A stretch of DNA of 64,000 nt from Candidatus Vogelbacteria bacterium RIFOXYD1_FULL_44_32. GTDB taxonomy: Bacteria; Patescibacteriota; Minisyncoccia; Phycocordibacterales; XYD1-FULL-46-19. Position 1 is the first letter of the stretch. Each line of letters starts with the position of its first letter. Made by a program: the position numbers and the translations under genes. Shown here one piece after another: positions 56,215 through 64,000 of the stretch. The stretch covers positions 53,532 through 117,531 of the forward strand of contig MHTJ01000002.1 of assembly GCA_001823065.1 (NCBI GenBank), read 5' to 3'. The notes under the pieces were generated by a model. It had not been told where the DNA came from and did no database searches. It saw only the letters and a list, made by a program, of their open reading frames with translations.

Positions 56215-58131
56215 GTGGAATATTTAAGTGACTTAAACAACAAGCAAAAAGAAGCAGCGCTAGCTATTAGCGGGCCGGTTTTAATTGTGGCCGGTGCGGG
56301 CGCTGGTAAAACCAAGACGATTATTAGCCGAATTACTCACTTGATTAAAAATGGGGTGGCGCCGGAACATATTTTAGCGGTTACTTTTACCAATAAGGCC
56401 GCTAAGGAAATGACCAACCGCTTAGTGGTCGCTCTCGGGGGTGATAAAAGTTTACAAGGGGAAAAACTACCTTTTGCCAGCACTTTTCACTCACTCGGGG
56501 TCCATATTTTACGCGGTCATGCTCAAATTATTGGCCTCAATCGCTTTTTTACTATTTTAGACCGCGACGAATCTTTGGCTCTCGTCAAAACTGCCATGGA
56601 CCAAGCGGGGGTGGACAAAAAACAGTACGAAGCCCGCAAAATCCTCGGCGCCATCTCGCGCGAAAAAGGTAAGGGGGTGCGCGTGGCCGAATACCGACTA
56701 AAAGTTGAGGGCTGGTGGCAAGAAATCGTGGCTAGTGTGTGGGAAAAATATGATAAGTTGGCCCACGAAGCCAACGCTCTCGACTTTGATGACCTACTAC
56801 TTTCAACCGTTCTATTACTCGCTGGCCATGAAAATATTCGACAGCTTTACCAAGACCGCTTTCGCTATATTCATATTGACGAATATCAAGATACCAACAA
56901 TGTGCAATATTCACTAGCCAAACTTTTGGTTGGGCCCGCTAAAAATATTTGTGTGGTCGGGGATGTGGACCAGTCTATTTATAGCTGGCGCGGGGCCGAC
57001 TTTACCAACATGCTACGGTTTGAGGAAGATTATCCAGAAGCCAAGGTAATACTTCTCGAGCAAAACTATCGTTCGACTAAAACAATTCTCTCGGCCGCCA
57101 ATGAAGTAATAAAGAAAAACCGCGAGCGGGTGGAAAAAAATTTGTTTACGGAAAATAGCGACGGTGAAAAAATAAATCTCACTGCCAATTTATCCGAAGG
57201 AGAGGAAGCGAGAAATATTGTTGATAAAGCCAAGGTTTTAATTGCTGCCAAAACCCCAGCCGAAGAAATTGCTATTTTGTATCGAGCCAACTTTCAGTCG
57301 CGCGTTTTGGAAGAAGCCTTTCTCAAAGCCAATGTGCCATATCAGGTATTGGGCGTCCGCTTTTTTGAACGCAAAGAAGTGAAAGATATTTTAACTTACT
57401 TCCGCGCCGCCCTTAATCCGAGTGATTTTGAAGCACTGAACCGGATTATTAATGTGCCAAAGCGGGGAATAGGCAAAGCGACACTGGCTAAAGTGAGTGC
57501 GGGCCAAGAAGAATTTTTACCGCCGAAAATGATTGAGAAATTAGCCAGCTTCCGTGCCCTTCTTACCAGCTTGCGCCACAAGATTGAGCGGGAAAAAATA
57601 AGTGACAATATTAAATATGTTTTAACCGCTTCGGGTTTAGACAAAGAACTACTGCAAGAAGGGGAAGAGGGGTTGGAGCGCCTGGAAAACATTCGTGAGC
57701 TGGTAACTTTAGCCCAAAAATATGACGACCTACCAGGTGAAGAAGCAATTTTAGCCCTGCTCACCGAGGCGGCGCTGGTGTCTGATCAAGACACCTTACA
57801 AGAAGAAAAAAATGGGGTCCGACTAATGACGGTGCACGCTTCCAAGGGCCTAGAGTTTGATGTGGTATTTGTCGCCGGCTTGGAGCAAGGGCTTTTTCCT
57901 CATAAAGGTTTTGGCGAAAGTGACCGCGATGAAGAAGAGGAACGCCGACTATTTTATGTAGCGATTACCCGCGCTCGGAAAAAACTTTTCCTGTCTTATG
58001 CCCAGCTCCGCACTATTTTTGGTTCGCAACAAGTAAACACCCCATCCGAGTTTATTTTAGACATTCCCGACGAGCTAATCGAGGGTGCCGACCCCGCTGC
58101 CCCGCAGTATGAGTTTTTGTTGGATTTTTAA
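56215..58131 (+). CDS. pcrA: UvrD/PcrA DNA helicase
   Basis: AGAGAGKT; VTFTNKAA; IDEYQDTN; VGDVDQSIYSWRGA; MTVHASKGLEF; EERRLFYVAITRA. Confidence 0.96.
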   Translation: MEYLSDLNNKQKEAALAISGPVLIVAGAGAGKTKTIISRITHLIKNGVAPEHILAVTFTNKAAKEMTNRLVVALGGDKSLQGEKLPFASTFHSLGVHILRGHAQIIGLNRFFTILDRDESLALVKTAMDQAGVDKKQYEARKILGAISREKGKGVRVAEYRLKVEGWWQEIVASVWEKYDKLAHEANALDFDDLLLSTVLLLAGHENIRQLYQDRFRYIHIDEYQDTNNVQYSLAKLLVGPAKNICVVGDVDQSIYSWRGADFTNMLRFEEDYPEAKVILLEQNYRSTKTILSAANEVIKKNRERVEKNLFTENSDGEKINLTANLSEGEEARNIVDKAKVLIAAKTPAEEIAILYRANFQSRVLEEAFLKANVPYQVLGVRFFERKEVKDILTYFRAALNPSDFEALNRIINVPKRGIGKATLAKVSAGQEEFLPPKMIEKLASFRALLTSLRHKIEREKISDNIKYVLTASGLDKELLQEGEEGLERLENIRELVTLAQKYDDLPGEEAILALLTEAALVSDQDTLQEEKNGVRLMTVHASKGLEFDVVFVAGLEQGLFPHKGFGESDRDEEEERRLFYVAITRARKKLFLSYAQLRTIFGSQQVNTPSEFILDIPDELIEGADPAAPQYEFLLDF

Positions 58132-58169
58132 TACTCGCTTAAAGGATTGCAATGTAATAGGATAAACTT

Positions 58170-58952
58170 ATGGAATTTATTCACGCGAAAAAATCATTAG
58201 GACAAAACTGGCTGGTGTCACAGTCGGCCTTAGCTAAAATAGTAGACGCGGCGGGAATACAAAGAGGTGAGCGGGTACTGGAGATTGGCCCAGGCAAAGG
58301 AGTGCTGACCGAAAAACTACTAGCCGTGGGTGCGGAAGTGACAGCCATTGAAAAAGATCGACGACTAACTTTGCCCCTGCAGGAAAAATTTGCGCCAGAA
58401 ATAAAAAACGAACAACTGGTTTTACTCGAAGCCGACGCTTTAAAACTGCCTGAAAGTTTGCTGGCTGACCTCACCCCCTACAAATTAGTGGCCAATATCC
58501 CATATTATATTACCGGTGAAATCATCCGTAATTTTTTAGAGTCAGATTTTCAACCACTTAAAGCGGTGATAATGGTGCAAAAAGAAGTGGCCCAAAGAAT
58601 AGTAGCGAGTGACAACAAGCAAAGCATTCTCTCAATCAGTGTTAAGGCCTATGGCGAGCCCAGTATCGCTGGTATTGTACCTCGGGGTGCTTTTCGACCA
58701 GTACCCAATGTTGATTCGGCAATTTTGGTAATTTCCAATATTAATAAAAACTTTTTCGGTCAAATCGATGAAAAAAAATTCTTCAGTATTATTAAAAAGG
58801 GTTTTGCCCAGAAACGAAAACTACTAAAATCAAATTTGAAAATAACAACTGATGCACTAAAAAGTTGTGGGTTAGACGAAAAAGTACGCGCCGAAGACCT
58901 AACCCTTGCCGAGTGGCGATGTCTAGCGGAAAAAATAGAATACCGAACCTGA
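58170..58952 (+). CDS. rsmA: 16S rRNA dimethyladenosine transferase
   Basis: AKKSLGQNWL; VLEIGPGKG; VANIPYYIT; MVQKEVAQR; PVPNVDSA. Confidence 0.96.
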   Translation: MEFIHAKKSLGQNWLVSQSALAKIVDAAGIQRGERVLEIGPGKGVLTEKLLAVGAEVTAIEKDRRLTLPLQEKFAPEIKNEQLVLLEADALKLPESLLADLTPYKLVANIPYYITGEIIRNFLESDFQPLKAVIMVQKEVAQRIVASDNKQSILSISVKAYGEPSIAGIVPRGAFRPVPNVDSAILVISNINKNFFGQIDEKKFFSIIKKGFAQKRKLLKSNLKITTDALKSCGLDEKVRAEDLTLAEWRCLAEKIEYRT

Positions 58953-58954
58953 CT

Positions 58955-58997
58955 AAAACCCAAACCCCCGCGCCGTAGGCGCGGGGGTTTGGGTTTT
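58955..58997. terminator. Bidirectional terminator
   Basis: aaaacccaaacccccgcgcc-gta-ggcgcgggggtttgggtttt between convergent genes. Confidence 0.85.
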
Positions 58998-59003
58998 GGT
59001 TAA

Positions 59004-60650
59004 TTAAGCTCCACAATCGTATTCTTTAGCTTCCCTTACATTATTGACATGATTTTGGGCCACATCGGTTGTACCCTCTCTCATCATTTGTTCATTGCGA
59101 ACCGCCCGACCGCCAGTGTCATCGGCATAACCACCGGGTGCTGTGTCAGTCACCTCGTAGGCCGCCCGTTCCCAATTCTCATCTTTAATCGCCCCCCACA
59201 TTTCATGAAAACCACCCAAACCACTACTGCCTTGCGCCCCCATATTATAAGCCATATCAATTAGCACAATCTGCCGGCCTTCGGTCAGTGATTCAAAGTG
59301 TACCCCATTAGCCGCGGCCGCATTTCTAGCTTGGTGTTCATAACCTGGGTAATCCCGTTCAAATAAATCACCGACTTCATCATTGGTTAAAGTTGCATTC
59401 GGATCAACTCCATCGCCAGGCACAATAAAGTGTCCAACACCCACCGAACGCCCCCCAGCATCGGGATAAGAAGTGGTGTGCCACCCCTCGTTGGCAATAA
59501 TATACTGCTTAGCCAGACATTTATTTAGGTTTTGGGGCTCACGAGCGCCGTCAAAAATAACATGCCAGTGGCGAGTCACCCCATCCCGCTGTTCGTCCAC
59601 AAAGCGGGTCCGCCCCACATCTAAAGCTAAAACATACTGTGTACCATAACCGACATTTTCCGGTGCACTAATCGTGTTTTCCTTAATATAGTCGTCTAAA
59701 CAGGCGGTTCCTAAACGCAAATCTACCACCGCCTTACACTGAGCATGGCTCGAGTGGCCCGGCTCGGTCCCTCCCGTAATCACCACTGGGCAACTGGCCC
59801 CCACCTTACCTTTTAGCTCAATTAGGCCATCAATGGCAATTTGAGGTAGACAGCGAAGGTCAGTACAGGAATAGAGAGGCTTACCATTACTATCAGTACC
59901 AGTCTTGGTCGACTGGCACTGATCATTAGGGTTTTCGCGCGGACAAGGACCTTTATTGATCTGAATTCCCCCCGCCGTCAGCTCGGAGCGAGTTTCTTCT
60001 TCGCTTTTGCCATCGCGACAGCTACAAGAACATGGCTCAATCGTTTCTGAGTTGTCTTCACGGTCAGTACAGCCATCGTCATCGGGATAATCAACCTTGC
60101 CATCACCGTCGTTGTCACGACCGTCGGAACATTGGGCATCAGCCTCACTGTTGTCTCTGGCCGAAGTACAACCGGTGTCATTGGGGTAGTCGGTCCGACC
60201 ATCACCGTCGTTGTCACGACCGTCGGAACATTGGCTTTGGGTCTCCTCGGGAGGGGGGTTGGTATTTAGCTGACCTCCTGAAGTACCAACCATAAAAATT
60301 CGCGGGAAAGCTATCCGATTATTTACCACTTTTGGCCGACAACCATGAGACGTAATCACCAAACACTGGGCCGCTCCTTCCCATGTTCCTAAAATTTGTT
60401 CTCCAATTTTCATTTTATAAAACTGGTACAAAATACTGCCGAAATCGAAAGAAAGGACCCGGGGTAAGTCATCTTTAGGTGGCCTGACTGTAATAATCCA
60501 ATTGACTGAACAATTGCAAAAAAACTTATCAACAATCAAACCACCAAATGGATTATTTTCAGCTAAAGCGGCCAAGGCCGGCACTGGCAGCAAAAAATTG
60601 ACCACAAAAATAGCGAGTAAAAGCGATTTTAACCAGTGGCGACTAAACAT
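59004..60650 (-). CDS. Secreted multidomain peptidoglycan hydrolase (Ca-binding repeats, M15-like domain, GH24 lysozyme)
   Basis: Signal peptide; 2x QCSDGRDNDGDG; ITGGTEPGHSSH...VDLR; NEGWHTTSYPDAGGRSVGVGH; LIDMAYNMG; WERAAYE. Confidence 0.75.
   Translation of the reverse strand: MFSRHWLKSLLLAIFVVNFLLPVPALAALAENNPFGGLIVDKFFCNCSVNWIITVRPPKDDLPRVLSFDFGSILYQFYKMKIGEQILGTWEGAAQCLVITSHGCRPKVVNNRIAFPRIFMVGTSGGQLNTNPPPEETQSQCSDGRDNDGDGRTDYPNDTGCTSARDNSEADAQCSDGRDNDGDGKVDYPDDDGCTDREDNSETIEPCSCSCRDGKSEEETRSELTAGGIQINKGPCPRENPNDQCQSTKTGTDSNGKPLYSCTDLRCLPQIAIDGLIELKGKVGASCPVVITGGTEPGHSSHAQCKAVVDLRLGTACLDDYIKENTISAPENVGYGTQYVLALDVGRTRFVDEQRDGVTRHWHVIFDGAREPQNLNKCLAKQYIIANEGWHTTSYPDAGGRSVGVGHFIVPGDGVDPNATLTNDEVGDLFERDYPGYEHQARNAAAANGVHFESLTEGRQIVLIDMAYNMGAQGSSGLGGFHEMWGAIKDENWERAAYEVTDTAPGGYADDTGGRAVRNEQMMREGTTDVAQNHVNNVREAKEYDCGA
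60100..60234. repeat. Intragenic 99-bp-period duplication with 36 identical bp
   Basis: 60100-60135 identical to 60199-60234; encodes the QCSDGRDNDGDG repeats. Confidence 0.85.
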
Positions 60651-60758
60651 ATTGGTATTAGTTTAGCAAATCTTGGCTCTTTACTCTACTGATATCCCCG
60701 TTTAGCGCTTAAAACAAATGCAAAACTATACTTCTCATACTATAATATAAACAATAAC

Positions 60759-61499
60759 GTGAAGAAAAAATTGGGGCATAAAAAAATAATTGTTGGAGCG
60801 GTGATTGGGCTTACACTGGTTGGTCTTTTTCTGTGGTGGCTGGGTAACAAGGTAGAGGAGATTGCGCGCGCCACCGACCTAAACGCCACTTCCACTGAAA
60901 CTATCACCAAACCAGCCAGCTTTTGGTCTAATCTGTTTGGAGATAAAGACAATGAAGAAACCACCACCCGACCAGCTTCCACCAAAAAAGATGGGGTCCG
61001 CCCGCTGGGTGCCCCCACCGTCACTTTGGCTGATTTGAAAATCACCAAAAACGAAACCACTAGCTCAATTGAAATCTACGGTCGCCAGTTGGCCACCACC
61101 CTAAAGCCCCTTGGCACCCCCCGGCCCAATGAGGCGGAACTTTTGCTTAGCCTACTAGAAACCAAAGACGAGACGACTGCCAACAAAATATATCAAGCGG
61201 GCAAAGTTCACTTAAAAATTTTCAACAACCTCAAGACAATGACTGTGCCAGAAACAGCTTCGGCTCTACACCTAAAGGTAGTCCAGAACATCGCTAAAAC
61301 TATGGTGGCTCTGGCCAATATGAGCGAGGCCCTAGAAGACCCCACTATGGCTATTTCTGACGGCCTCAAATACCAAGTTGAAGCCCTAGAACTTTTTGAT
61401 TCGATTGCTGCCTTAAATGATTATTTTGTCACCAAGGGCATAGTATTTACCCCCGACGACAAGATAGTGATTTATGTTAATGTCGACGACCAAATATGA
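60759..61499 (+). CDS. Membrane-anchored helical hypothetical protein
   Basis: N-terminal TM; ATGA overlap with the next gene. Confidence 0.75.
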   Translation: MKKKLGHKKIIVGAVIGLTLVGLFLWWLGNKVEEIARATDLNATSTETITKPASFWSNLFGDKDNEETTTRPASTKKDGVRPLGAPTVTLADLKITKNETTSSIEIYGRQLATTLKPLGTPRPNEAELLLSLLETKDETTANKIYQAGKVHLKIFNNLKTMTVPETASALHLKVVQNIAKTMVALANMSEALEDPTMAISDGLKYQVEALELFDSIAALNDYFVTKGIVFTPDDKIVIYVNVDDQI

Positions 61500-63706
61500 A
61501 ATCCTTTCCGTCCCGAGACATTTTTATATTTAGCCTAGTGGCCCTGGTTTTAGTGGTAATTTTAGCCAACCACCATGTGCTAGCCCAAACTGAAGAAACT
61601 GATTTGGGGCCCCTACAACAAGTACCCCCGGACACCGGTGGCACCGAAGAAACCGACCCCAGCCCTTTTGATATTGAACCATTACCCGGCGAGACCCCGA
61701 GCCCCAACCCCAGTGACGACGGTTTTGAATCCGACCTTACCGATATTTTTAACGGCGAAATAGGCGACAATGGCAATACCTCTAATCCTAGTGACGATGC
61801 CTCAGCCGCCGCCGATGAAGCCAATAAAACCGCTCGTGAAGCAATTGTGGCAGAGCGCAAAGAAGATGAAAACCTTAACGGAAATGGCGAGAGCGAGGTA
61901 GATGACTGCGAACAAGAATATGAAGTCCGCGAGCGTGACCGCGCTGGGCGCTTTGTGCCGGTAAAAGAAGTCGAGGGCATGCTAATGCAGTTTGCTCGCG
62001 ACACCAACCAGCAGGTCGGCAAAATAAACCTAGTCAACCAGCAAATGTGTTTACATTTAAAAGCCCTAAAGCGAGTCGCTTATAAATTTGAAATTGCTGA
62101 ATTTTTAGAGAAGCCTCAGTTGCGCACGGTGGCTGGCCAAGCGATCAATGAATATAAAAAGCAGTTGTTTAATTTTGTGAACACTGGTTATCAAAGCGAC
62201 TTCCGCGAAAACTCACCCCAGTTTGTGGATGATCAAGAGGAAAATTTTGCCGAAGGAGCCGCCGAAGCTACCGTGAGAGTAATAGACGCTGTGGAAAAAA
62301 CCAGCTCACCCTATAAAGATGTAGCTAGAGAAACTATTCAAAAACAAACAGCTAATAATCTTGAGACTGAACTGTCTTGTCCATTGAGCGCCGAGGATAT
62401 TCAAAAAGCTAACAACCCAAAATCAGATATGAAAGCCTCACAAAGGTTGGACACCCTTCTAATAGTAAAATCACAACCTGGTTGTAGTACGCGAGGGACA
62501 TATCTCAAAACTATGAATTTATTATCAGCAGAGATTGCGGACGAAAACGCCAACCGTAGATTGTCATACATAGCCTCTGGAGGATACAAACCAATTAGGG
62601 AATGTATGGAACAAAATGCCAATGGTGAATGTCTAAAATATCGCACCACTGTGCCCGTCTCGGCTATTAAAGACACCGTCGGCAGTGCCCTAACCGCCAA
62701 CTTAGAAAGATATTTGGTCGCCCAACCAGGCGATATAGACAAAGAAAATGCCAACGGACCTCAACTACCAGAACTTCTTACTCTTACCCCTTCTTATAGT
62801 GGAAATATTGCTATGCCCACCGGAGATGAAACCAACCTAAACAGTGGCCTAACCCCTCCCACCGGCGGAGACCCGGACCCAGGTAGTGGTGGGGGGACAG
62901 GCGGTGGGGGTAGTGGCGGAGGCACGGGCGATATTGGCGACAATTTCGACCTAGTCGACTTTTTGCAGGACTATCTAGATTTTAGTCTACCGACAGAACC
63001 AGCTATCCCCGACGAAGCCACCTTGCGCAATCCCGAGCTACCACCCCTTATTTTTACCTATTACCGCACCCCCAGCGAAGCCGATCTAAACAATGACCCC
63101 AATCTGGTCAACTATATTCGCCTCGGCTGGATGTCGCTAAACGCCCAAAAATGTAAAGTGGGCAACAATTGGATCGGAGGCACCTTTATGGAAGACTCGG
63201 TCGAGGCTATATATGATGCCGAAGACAATATCGAGATAGCCAACACTAAAGTGATTGATATGCCCCTTACTTTTTATGCCTATCTAACCCGCGAAAGAGA
63301 AGTGGTGACCGATAATAATATTTTACGCCCCGACGAAACCAGTATCGATATCGACAACTTTGCGCTACCAACCTCGGTTTATAAAAAGCTCCTCCAAGTT
63401 ACGGCAATAAATTTTCACGCCTTCGATGTTAAAGAGGGTGACATTTTTACTCTGCACATAAAAACTGCGCGTGGGGGATTTGAAGATATTTATCTCGAGA
63501 TTTCAAACCAGACTAGTATTCCCCAAGTTATCAGCCAATTTCAAACCGCTATCACAAGCGCCGGCAGTAGCGAACTGGCTAACTTTAAGATTGTCTATAA
63601 CACTACCGATGGCATAATTTCTATTGTGACCGAACCAAAATATGTAATTGTATGTGAAAACAATAAGGGGGTATCGTCAAAGACAATAACGGTAGAAAGA
63701 CGTTAA
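61496..63706 (+). CDS. Large secreted hypothetical protein
   Basis: Signal peptide; acidic Pro/Gly linkers; paired cysteines. Confidence 0.75.
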   Translation: MKSFPSRDIFIFSLVALVLVVILANHHVLAQTEETDLGPLQQVPPDTGGTEETDPSPFDIEPLPGETPSPNPSDDGFESDLTDIFNGEIGDNGNTSNPSDDASAAADEANKTAREAIVAERKEDENLNGNGESEVDDCEQEYEVRERDRAGRFVPVKEVEGMLMQFARDTNQQVGKINLVNQQMCLHLKALKRVAYKFEIAEFLEKPQLRTVAGQAINEYKKQLFNFVNTGYQSDFRENSPQFVDDQEENFAEGAAEATVRVIDAVEKTSSPYKDVARETIQKQTANNLETELSCPLSAEDIQKANNPKSDMKASQRLDTLLIVKSQPGCSTRGTYLKTMNLLSAEIADENANRRLSYIASGGYKPIRECMEQNANGECLKYRTTVPVSAIKDTVGSALTANLERYLVAQPGDIDKENANGPQLPELLTLTPSYSGNIAMPTGDETNLNSGLTPPTGGDPDPGSGGGTGGGGSGGGTGDIGDNFDLVDFLQDYLDFSLPTEPAIPDEATLRNPELPPLIFTYYRTPSEADLNNDPNLVNYIRLGWMSLNAQKCKVGNNWIGGTFMEDSVEAIYDAEDNIEIANTKVIDMPLTFYAYLTREREVVTDNNILRPDETSIDIDNFALPTSVYKKLLQVTAINFHAFDVKEGDIFTLHIKTARGGFEDIYLEISNQTSIPQVISQFQTAITSAGSSELANFKIVYNTTDGIISIVTEPKYVIVCENNKGVSSKTITVERR

Positions 63707-63710
63707 AGAT

Positions 63711-64000
63711 ATGACAATTTTAAAACCCAACAAGGATAAAAATATTTGGAGAGAAATTTCGTTACTTTTAGTGACAATAACCTTAGCAACGACTTTTATT
63801 ATCCCCACTACCGCCTTAGCTTTAGGACCAAACCCTGGCAGTAGTCCAACCACTCCTACAACACCAACCACCCCCACTACTCCTACCCCCGCCCCCGCTG
63901 TGGGTGGTCATGCGGGCCGAACTATGACCCCTGAAGCCCAAGCTGAATATGCCAAGAGAGTTCAAAAACAAGTTGAGGCTGCCAATGAGCCCAGTTTCTT
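63711..64000 (+). CDS. Secreted protein with PTT repeats, runs off the window edge
   Basis: ATG 63711; MTILKPNKDKNIWREISLLLVTITLATTFIIPTTALA then (PTT)n; open to the end. Confidence 0.7.
   Translation, partial: MTILKPNKDKNIWREISLLLVTITLATTFIIPTTALALGPNPGSSPTTPTTPTTPTTPTPAPAVGGHAGRTMTPEAQAEYAKRVQKQVEAANEPSF

Noticed and set aside
60100-60234. Two identical 36-bp repeats resembling a mini-CRISPR
   Set aside because: In-frame 99-bp coding duplication of QCSDGRDNDGDG; only two copies and no cas genes
1-64000. Alternative genetic code (UGA as Gly) as in Gracilibacteria and Absconditabacteria
   Set aside because: rnhA, the Xer recombinase, rsmA and yraN end at TGA at expected lengths, and long genes have no internal TGA

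Overview
This window is chromosomal DNA from a Patescibacteria (CPR, Parcubacteria-like) bacterium using the standard genetic code; the lineage is inferred from gene content and gene architecture. The backbone is housekeeping: comEC, rnhA, recJ, pgk, tpiA, nusA, ppa, tig, clpP, rny, hup, cca, a Xer recombinase, rpsO, pnp, comM, lexA-dinB, a VirB4-like ATPase, pcrA, rsmA and four CCA-less tRNAs. Main observations: (1) the first ~5.1 kb is an AT-rich accessory island that appears to have inserted into the stand-alone ComEC metallo-beta-lactamase gene, cutting it just after the DIGQGDAIL motif; (2) all three minus-strand tRNAs are followed by shared non-coding hairpin modules whose ends are antisense and sense copies of tRNA 3' ends; (3) many core genes look leaderless while scattered orphan genes carry strong Shine-Dalgarno sites, and a candidate sRNA exposes a perfect anti-SD (CACCTCCT); (4) a cluster of four parS-like sites sits beside a perfect 40-bp palindrome; (5) a 10-bp-phased repeat array lies in the island; (6) a secreted protein combines a candidate M15-like peptidase with a phage-type lysozyme. 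All calls come from reading motifs by eye; no database searches were run.
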